DNA from: Sphingomonadales bacterium | Lineage (GTDB): Bacteria > Pseudomonadota > Alphaproteobacteria > CAZZKF01 | Direction: 5' to 3' | Assembly (NCBI GenBank): GCA_046756385.1 | Contig: JBHHWG010000003.1 | Span: forward strand, 6,298-70,297 | DNA: 64,000 bases | In this document: positions 29,545-36,203 of the stretch, piece after piece | Layout: each line of letters begins with the position of its first letter | Position numbering within the stretch: position 1 is the first letter of the stretch | Notes under the pieces: generated by a model | Seen by the model: the letters and a program-made list of their open reading frames with translations, nothing else | Told to the model about the DNA's origin: nothing | The model's database searches: none | Program-made: the position numbers and the translations under genes

Positions 29545-30282
29545 CTATTCGGCAACCGCTTTCCAGATGTCAGGCCGGCGTTTGCGCAGCCCGTCAAAAA
29601 TGTCGAGGAATTTGCCGTAGCACGGTTGTCGGAGGCCGTGATACTCGACCAGCGGACCAAAGGGATGAAGATAAACCCCCATGCGCGCCAAGATCCGCAG
29701 CAGCGTTGGCTCCATGATCGCGCACCAGTGGGTGATGCCATTGGCGCGGCTCATTTCAACAATCGCCCGAAACAGCCCGATGGTGACCTCGGGCGTGGAA
29801 CGCCGGTTGCGCGCCTCAGCCAGACTGCCTCGCCGCGACGGGCGGGAATCGGCATAAAGCGTGTCCGAAAGCCGTCTGCGAAATTCCCTGGACACAGTGA
29901 ATCGTGAAATTTCGGCGGTCGTCGCCGCCGGCAACAACCTCTCCGGCCACGGACTTAGTTGAGGACAGGCGCCGAGAATCGGAAATCGGGGGCCATCGTG
30001 GCCGGACAAGGGCAGGACCAGTCGGACCGTGCCAGCCACATCACCGGTTTCACGATGCAGCAACAGGCAGTGGTCCGAATGAGCATCGAATTCATCTTTC
30101 TCGCGGCGGTTCAGGTTGCTGGCGGGGTCCTCGTACGGGCGTTCGACGCAATAGACCTGATAACGGATTTTGTAGACACGGTCTCGCAGCTCGTCCGTGT
30201 CAGCGTGAACCACTTTGAAATGGTGATTATAGCGTTCGGCAAAAGACTTCTTGCCCCCCTGTATGGACCGCGCCTGATGCAT
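29545..30282 (-). CDS. GNAT-fold N-acyl amino acid synthase-like acyltransferase (PEP-CTERM/exosortase system-associated acyltransferase family)
   Basis: Carries LRDRVYKIRYQVYCVE...HSDHCLLLHRETGDVAGTVRLV...AEISRFTVSREFRRR, the pattern of LuxI/NasY-like Acetyltransf_5 proteins that I recall as TIGR03694. Confidence 0.78.
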   Translation of the reverse strand: MHQARSIQGGKKSFAERYNHHFKVVHADTDELRDRVYKIRYQVYCVERPYEDPASNLNRREKDEFDAHSDHCLLLHRETGDVAGTVRLVLPLSGHDGPRFPILGACPQLSPWPERLLPAATTAEISRFTVSREFRRRLSDTLYADSRPSRRGSLAEARNRRSTPEVTIGLFRAIVEMSRANGITHWCAIMEPTLLRILARMGVYLHPFGPLVEYHGLRQPCYGKFLDIFDGLRKRRPDIWKAVAE

Positions 30283-30608
30283 TTAGCTATCCACCGCACT
30301 TTCTTTTTTTCGGCACTGCGCCTCGCTCGAAAAAGAGGCGCCTGGCCCTCAATCGAACACTCGCATTGGACCAGAAATTCCTTGCACTTTTGTTAATCAA
30401 AAACCCATGAAGCGCCCGTGTCGCCAACACAATTACCGATTGTTTTCAACAGCCTTTCACGACCGATCGAGCCCCGATTACCCAGTGGCACAATTTTTTG
30501 TTATACTAGGGAACATGGACCACGCTTTATCCGTCAGGGCCGGACAAGGCGAGCGACCTGCTCCCAAGTCTGGCATCTTTTGCCCGACCAAGGCGCGCCA
30601 GAAAACAA

Positions 30609-31574
30609 GTGATGCTGGTGAACACGAACATACCGGCGGCCCGAGTCCCTCAACCGGACCGTCAAAAGGGTGTTCCGCGAAATTGGCTCGTGAAATATCT
30701 GGCCGTACTTGCCATCGCATCCCTGGTTTGCGGCCAGCCGACGGCCAATCCCATTTCCAGCCAGCCGGAAACACCGGCAAAGCCGTCGTGGACGACCGCC
30801 GCGGTTCATACAGGCCCCGACATTGGGCATGCCATGTCATCCGGGCCACGAAGTGCCGCCATGTGGCTGGACAGTACAACTCCGGTTAGCCCGGAACTGA
30901 GAGGCTCAACTACTGACGCTCCCCTCGCTCCGGTAGTCAATTTCGGTTTTTCAAATGGCGAGAGTCTGGCAAGCGGGGCCGTGGCGTCCGCCGAAGCGGC
31001 TCGGGAATTGCGGGACTGGTCCAGCAGCTTCAACGCCCCCCGACAAAGCGGCTCGGCGGCGGGTCCGAACGGCAGTGGCTCACGCCGGGTTGGCCGGGTT
31101 GCGCCGAGCCCACCCGGCCAATCCCGCCGCACAGCCGTCCAGGCGATTTTCACCGCGGTTGAGGACCCGTTCCTGCGATCGGCCATCACCAACATGGCCC
31201 GCTTGGCAAGCGACGAAAACGCCCGCGCTGAATTCAGCTTTTTCGGGCTGAAAGGCTTCGATATCTTTGGCCAAACCGCCGAAAACGGGGCGCGGAATCC
31301 CTGCGCCACGTCCTGGCGCGACGATTATCCCCCCCCAAATGACGCCGCCTCAGGTCAATCCGGCACACAGGGAGCCACGAGGGCCAGCACCGACCCGGGT
31401 TCATTGCTCCGCGCGCTGTCGCTATTCGTCGAACTGATTAATTTTTTGACCCATCCATTGGTCCTCACCATCGCGTTTCTGGTCGGCCTATTCGGAATCA
31501 CGCTAAAATTGCTTGGACGAGCCAAACGCGCCAAACAGCGCCGTCGATTCTCGATTTACCGGAGAATGCGCTGA
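30609..31574 (+). CDS. Hypothetical protein: N-terminal signal-like segment, low-complexity Ser/Ala/Pro/Gly body, C-terminal TM helix plus a basic tail
   Basis: The 321-aa ORF has GC-rich third positions. N-terminal segment is WLVKYLAVLAIASLVCG. The C-terminus is LVLTIAFLVGLFGITLKLLGRAKRAKQRRRFSIYRRMR. No family was recognised and the start is uncertain. Confidence 0.5.
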   Translation: MMLVNTNIPAARVPQPDRQKGVPRNWLVKYLAVLAIASLVCGQPTANPISSQPETPAKPSWTTAAVHTGPDIGHAMSSGPRSAAMWLDSTTPVSPELRGSTTDAPLAPVVNFGFSNGESLASGAVASAEAARELRDWSSSFNAPRQSGSAAGPNGSGSRRVGRVAPSPPGQSRRTAVQAIFTAVEDPFLRSAITNMARLASDENARAEFSFFGLKGFDIFGQTAENGARNPCATSWRDDYPPPNDAASGQSGTQGATRASTDPGSLLRALSLFVELINFLTHPLVLTIAFLVGLFGITLKLLGRAKRAKQRRRFSIYRRMR

Positions 31575-31587
31575 CTCCACATCTGTT

Positions 31588-32604
31588 TTATCGGTCACCG
31601 CCGATCCATTCCAGGATATCCCGCCACACCACCTCCGCTTGCAGATCGCGCAGCAACATGTGATAGCCGTTTTCATAGATGATTGTCCGTGACGCGCCAT
31701 TCAGTCTTTCGGCCACTTTATGAATAGGTTCAGCCGGTATGATTTCATCGTGCCGCCCGTAGAGAAGCAGAATCGGGACATTGAGTTTGGAGGCATTGCG
31801 ATAAGCCCGTTCCATCAATCCCGTCAAACCATACACCGCGTCGATCCTGGTTTTCTTTATAACCAAAGGGTCACGGCCGAGGGCCCGCAGCATTTCAATA
31901 TTGTCGGACGGCGTGATTTCGAGGCTGCCGCCGGTCACCCTCTTCCAGGGGATGGTGTGCGCGGACAGCCACAGCGCGACCCGATAAAGCGGATTCATCG
32001 AGCTCCATCCCCACACTGCCGGGGCGGCGAGGATGACCCCGTCGACCGGAAGGCGCCCTCCCTCCCCATCACAAAGCGCGGCCATGGCGACGGCGCCGCC
32101 CATGCTCTCCCCCAGGACAAGGACCCGGGCATCGGGGTGTTGGCGTCGAACCGACGATACCATCAGTCTCAGGTCCGACTTCAGGGCCTCGGTCCCGGCC
32201 CAGATTCCGCGCCCGGCAGTGTCACCGAAACCGCGCTGATCGTAAGCATAGGTTGTGATGCCGTGACGCGCCCACCAGGTGGCCGGCGCATCAAACGCCA
32301 TGCGGTAGTCGTTAAAGCCATGGAGCGCGATAATTACCGCCGTGACGGGCCCATCGCCATTCCATTTTTTCACCGGCAGCCGTTGACCGTCCGTGGCCAC
32401 CAACCCGGCAGCGGTGAGGCCCGGCGCCGCGGCCGGATTCGGCTCGACCGCCCCAAATTTCTGCACTTTCGGCGCGCAAACGGCCAGGGACAGCGACATT
32501 CCAATCATGGCGGCGGCTCTCCCCATTGCGCGCCATCCGATCCTGGGCAACACACTCATTGCCGGATTAAGCCTCTTTCCCATGTTTTTCTCCGCTCTGT
32601 CCAC
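31588..32604 (-). CDS. Alpha/beta hydrolase (lysophospholipase / monoacylglycerol lipase-like), probable lipoprotein
   Basis: Has HGFNDY, the nucleophile elbow GESMGG, and a signal with a lipobox-like LSLAVCAP. Confidence 0.85.
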   Translation of the reverse strand: MDRAEKNMGKRLNPAMSVLPRIGWRAMGRAAAMIGMSLSLAVCAPKVQKFGAVEPNPAAAPGLTAAGLVATDGQRLPVKKWNGDGPVTAVIIALHGFNDYRMAFDAPATWWARHGITTYAYDQRGFGDTAGRGIWAGTEALKSDLRLMVSSVRRQHPDARVLVLGESMGGAVAMAALCDGEGGRLPVDGVILAAPAVWGWSSMNPLYRVALWLSAHTIPWKRVTGGSLEITPSDNIEMLRALGRDPLVIKKTRIDAVYGLTGLMERAYRNASKLNVPILLLYGRHDEIIPAEPIHKVAERLNGASRTIIYENGYHMLLRDLQAEVVWRDILEWIGGDR

Positions 32605-32728
32605 CCCCAGAACCTGGTAATCTCGGCGCCGGGCGCCAATACGGCTTGCTTGCCGCGCCTGCTATCGTATAGTTGCAGCCTCTCGCGGAAACGGGGCCGA
32701 TATTGGTATCAGGCCGAGGAAAGGACAC

Positions 32729-33724
32729 ATGAACGATTTACCGGCCACAGTGCGATTCTACGACTTTAGACCGACCGCGCAATCGTTTGGTGATGCAGTC
32801 GCCGAGGGCTTGCGCAAGGACCAGAAATCCATCCCGTCCCGGTTCTTTTACGATGATCGCGGGTCCGAACTGTTCGAGCGCATTTGCGAGCTTGATGAAT
32901 ATTACGTGACCCGCACCGAGCTGTCGCTGCTGCGGGAAACCAGCGCCAAAATCACCCGGCATATGGGCCGGAATCGTGACGTCGTCGAGTTCGGATGCGG
33001 CTCAAGCGCCAAGGTGAGGGCCGTGCTCGATGCGGCCGACCAGCCGTCGTCCTACTGCGCGATCGACATATCCAAAAGTGCCCTTCTAACCCTCGCCCGG
33101 GAACTGGCCGACGCCTATCGCGCCCTCGAAATCATCGCCGTTTGCGCGGACTACACGGCTCAGCTTTCCTTGCCGGGCACGAACGGCGGCAGCCTTAAAT
33201 CGAGCGAGGGCCAGGCCAAAGTCGGTTTCTTTCCGGGCTCCACGATCGGCAACTTCACACACAAGGACGCCGAACAGTTCCTCCAAACCGCCGCCAGCAT
33301 GCTGGGTCCCGGCGGCAGCCTGATTATCGGGGTCGACCTGAAAAAGGACATCCGGACGCTGGAAGCAGCCTATGACGACGCCAAGGGCGTCACCGCGCAG
33401 TTCAACCTCAATCTGCTGGCGCGCATCAACCGGGAGCTTGGAGGCAAAATCGAGCTTTCGTCATTTCGCCACAAAGCATTTTTCGACCCGGTCGAGGGCC
33501 GGGTCGAGATGCATCTGGAAAGTCTGGTCGATCAACACATTGCGCTGGAGGGCATGGAGGTCCGTTTAGCCGCGGGCGAGACCATTCATACCGAGGACTC
33601 CTACAAATACACGATCGACGAGTTCAAGGCGTTGGCGTCAAGATGCGGCTTCGAACCAGTAGCGGCCTGGACCGATGATGATGCCTTGTTCAGCATCCAC
33701 TATCTCACGGTCGCCGCAGGCTAG
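32729..33724 (+). CDS. egtD: EgtD-type SAM-dependent L-histidine N-alpha-methyltransferase
   Basis: Carries FYDDRGSELFERICELDEYYVTRTE...VEFGCGSSAKV...TEDSYKY, typical of the EgtD/DUF2260 family. Confidence 0.82.
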   Translation: MNDLPATVRFYDFRPTAQSFGDAVAEGLRKDQKSIPSRFFYDDRGSELFERICELDEYYVTRTELSLLRETSAKITRHMGRNRDVVEFGCGSSAKVRAVLDAADQPSSYCAIDISKSALLTLARELADAYRALEIIAVCADYTAQLSLPGTNGGSLKSSEGQAKVGFFPGSTIGNFTHKDAEQFLQTAASMLGPGGSLIIGVDLKKDIRTLEAAYDDAKGVTAQFNLNLLARINRELGGKIELSSFRHKAFFDPVEGRVEMHLESLVDQHIALEGMEVRLAAGETIHTEDSYKYTIDEFKALASRCGFEPVAAWTDDDALFSIHYLTVAAG

Positions 33725-33885
33725 AGCGTTTTTAACTTAACCGGAATCAAGTTCGGCTGTTTATATGCCGCCCTGGCGGCGTCCTTAAAGCCTTGCATAG
33801 CGCTGCTATGCCGCGTTTTAACGACTTGCCAGGACAACATCTAAACACCCTCCTTTTGATCCAGATTAAGTTAAAAACGCTCTAG
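33721..33885. mobile_element. 165-bp MITE/RIME-like palindromic element: 20-bp perfect terminal inverted repeat, possibly 16-bp TIRs plus a CTAG target duplication
   Basis: CTAGAGCGTTTTTAACTTAA (33721-33740) is the exact reverse complement of TTAAGTTAAAAACGCTCTAG (33866-33885). Pairing extends imperfectly inward, and there are internal hairpins (GCATAGC-GCT-GCTATGC). There is no coding capacity. Confidence 0.55.
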
Positions 33886-35027
33886 AACGCCTTCCGGTCC
33901 AGGGTCTCGAAGCGGCGCAAATGATGCGCGGCATTGCCGAACAGGGCGTCGATCATGGTCAGGCGTTTGAAATAAGCGCCGATATTCAATTCGTCAGTCA
34001 TGCCCATGCCACCATGTAGCTGGATCGCCTGCTGACCGACGAAGCGGCCCGCCCGGCCAATCTGCACCTTGGCCGCCGATATCGCCCGGGTCCGCTCCCC
34101 AGGGTCGGAATTATCAAGCTTCAGGGTCGCCATGTAAGCCATCGAGCGCGCCTGTTCGCAGGCCATGTGCAGGTCCGCCATTCGATGCTGAATCACCTGA
34201 AATTTGCCGATTTCGGCGCCAAACTGCTTGCGTGTTTTTGTATATTCCAGCGTGTACGCCATCGCCGCGGACATCGCCCCGACAGCCTCCGCGCACAAGG
34301 CCGTGATCGCTTGGTCAAATACCGTTTCAAGCACGGGAAGAGCGCCGCCAGGCGCACCGATCAGCGCCCCTCCATCAAGGCTTACGTCCGCGAACGACAG
34401 ATCGCATACCCGCGATCCATCTATCGCCGTGTAGCGCCGGCGCGTCAGGCCCGAGCTGGAGGCGTTGACCCAGAATAATGACAGGCCGCCGTCATCGCCG
34501 ATTTCACCGGCGGTTCGGGCGCACACGACAAAATGATCAGCCGCCGCGCCCCCTAACACCATGGATTTCGCCCCGTTGAGTCGAAAGCCATCGCCGTCCC
34601 GGTTCGCGGTGGTGGCGACATGGGCGCTGTTGTAGCGCGCGCCCCGCTCACTGTGAGCAAGCGCGGCGATCGTGCGACCCTCAACGATACCCGGCACCAG
34701 CGCCCGCCGTTGCTCAACCGATGCCGTCAGTCGCAAAACGCCGCCCGCCAGCACGATCGAGGCCAGATAGGGCTCGACAACCAGTCCCTGACCGAACGCT
34801 TCCATCAGGATCATGGTTTCAACCGGGGTTCCGCCGATGCCGCCGTCATCCTCGGCGAATGGCAACGCCAGCCAACCCAATTCGGCGAACCTGGACCAGA
34901 AATCAGGCCGATATCCCAGGTCCGAGCGAACAATCGCCGTCCGTGTTGCAAAATCATATTCGTCGCGGATAAACCGCTCCACGCTGTCCTTTAGAAGGGC
35001 CTGCTCCTCGCTAAAGCCAAAATCCAT
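33882..35027 (-). CDS. Acyl-CoA dehydrogenase family protein
   Basis: N-terminus is MDFGFSEEQALLKDSVERFIRDEY. Conserved C-terminal ACAD blocks are present (YTKTRKQFG..IGKFQ, QLHGGMGMTDE). Confidence 0.92.
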   Translation of the reverse strand: MDFGFSEEQALLKDSVERFIRDEYDFATRTAIVRSDLGYRPDFWSRFAELGWLALPFAEDDGGIGGTPVETMILMEAFGQGLVVEPYLASIVLAGGVLRLTASVEQRRALVPGIVEGRTIAALAHSERGARYNSAHVATTANRDGDGFRLNGAKSMVLGGAAADHFVVCARTAGEIGDDGGLSLFWVNASSSGLTRRRYTAIDGSRVCDLSFADVSLDGGALIGAPGGALPVLETVFDQAITALCAEAVGAMSAAMAYTLEYTKTRKQFGAEIGKFQVIQHRMADLHMACEQARSMAYMATLKLDNSDPGERTRAISAAKVQIGRAGRFVGQQAIQLHGGMGMTDELNIGAYFKRLTMIDALFGNAAHHLRRFETLDRKAF

Positions 35028-35136
35028 AACCGCCGGCTCCTGTCTTCGCCCATCTAGTCAATGTGCGGTCCATAGTAGAGCGGCCCACAGACCAGTTCAA
35101 CGCAGTCGGGCAATGGGAAATTCAATTCGGTTGTGA

Positions 35137-35961
35137 TCAATCGAGAGGGCCGGCTTCAAGCTTGCGGCCGGACATGGCGCCGAGCCAGTCAAGCCCGGCC
35201 CTGAGGCGGACCACTTCGCCGAGCACGACCATGCAGGGAGGCTCAATCGATTTCTCGACAGCGGCCTGCGCGCAGCTTCCCAACGTGGTTTCAACGATCC
35301 TCTGGTCCGGCGTGGTCGCCTTGCTGACCAAAGCCACCGGCTCGTCGGCCCGCCTGCCCGCGTCGAGCAGCCGACCCGCCAACGCCTCCAGATTCGACAG
35401 CGCCATGTAAATGACCAGCACCGGCGATCCCTTGGCCAATGCGGGCCAGTCGAGCGTGCCCGAGACCGACCCGGAAACATCGTGGCCGGTGACGAAAGTA
35501 ACCGCTGAATTGATCGACCGGTGCGTCAGGGCGATGCCGGCATAGGCCAGGCCGCCGACGCCAGCCGATATTCCGGGAACAATGCGAAACGGCACCCCGG
35601 CCGCGGCCAGCGCCAGCGCCTCTTCCCCTCCCCGGCCAAATATCAGCGGGTCGCCGCCTTTCAGGCGCAGCACCCGCTTGCCCGCCCGGGCCAGTTCAAC
35701 AAGCCGCCTGGAAATGTCCGACTGGGTGGGCGACGGCCGCCCACCCCTTTTGCCGGCGTCTATCATCTGGGCCCGGTCGCCGGCCAGCGCCAGGACACCG
35801 GGGCTTACCAGCGCGTCATAAATCACGACGTCAGCCTGACGCAGTCCGTGGCAGGCCAACAGCGACAACAGGCCCGGATCACCGGGCCCGGCCCCGGTCA
35901 GCCATACCCAGCCGGGTTCCAGCGTCGGCAGGTCTTGCAGCAATTTATCCCAGGTTTTCAC
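35137..35961 (-). CDS. cobA: Uroporphyrinogen-III C-methyltransferase (SUMT)
   Basis: Has the TP-methylase fold motifs (VWLTGAGPGDPGLLSL, VLRLKGGDPLIFGRGGEE). Confidence 0.9.
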   Translation of the reverse strand: MKTWDKLLQDLPTLEPGWVWLTGAGPGDPGLLSLLACHGLRQADVVIYDALVSPGVLALAGDRAQMIDAGKRGGRPSPTQSDISRRLVELARAGKRVLRLKGGDPLIFGRGGEEALALAAAGVPFRIVPGISAGVGGLAYAGIALTHRSINSAVTFVTGHDVSGSVSGTLDWPALAKGSPVLVIYMALSNLEALAGRLLDAGRRADEPVALVSKATTPDQRIVETTLGSCAQAAVEKSIEPPCMVVLGEVVRLRAGLDWLGAMSGRKLEAGPLD

Positions 35962-36203
35962 TTACTCTCGTCCGCTGGTTTCTCTTGGCGATGAAGCTTT
36001 AAACCATGCCATGGTCGTCGGCTGGGCCAAAGCGGTCAACACCCTTGATGACAGAGCGGCGGGCGGCGGCGTCGCGGATTATTGGATCAGGTTGAGAACT
36101 ATTTGTGTGAGGCACGCAAATTTGGCAAAATGTTCCGGTTGCGGTGGCGCGATAAGCCAACAAAAACAACGAAAACAATATGAACAACGCTGGGGAGGCG
36201 ACG

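Noticed and set aside
30486-30501. TGGCAC followed by AATTTTTTGT upstream of the 30609 ORF, as a sigma-54 promoter.
   Set aside because: The -24 half is perfect, but the invariant GC of the -12 element is missing at the correct spacing (TTTG/TTGT). It cannot be called without experimental data.
31588-32604. Possibility that the alpha/beta hydrolase is one of the exosortase-system-associated hydrolases.
   Set aside because: Its length, lipoprotein signal and HG/GESMGG context look like a generic lysophospholipase or monoglyceride lipase. I cannot support the specific family from sequence alone.
35962-36203. Expected cobalamin riboswitch between cobA and the TonB-dependent receptor.
   Set aside because: I could not find a B12-box-like sequence or the characteristic conserved core by eye. 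A covariance-model scan is needed before making any claim.
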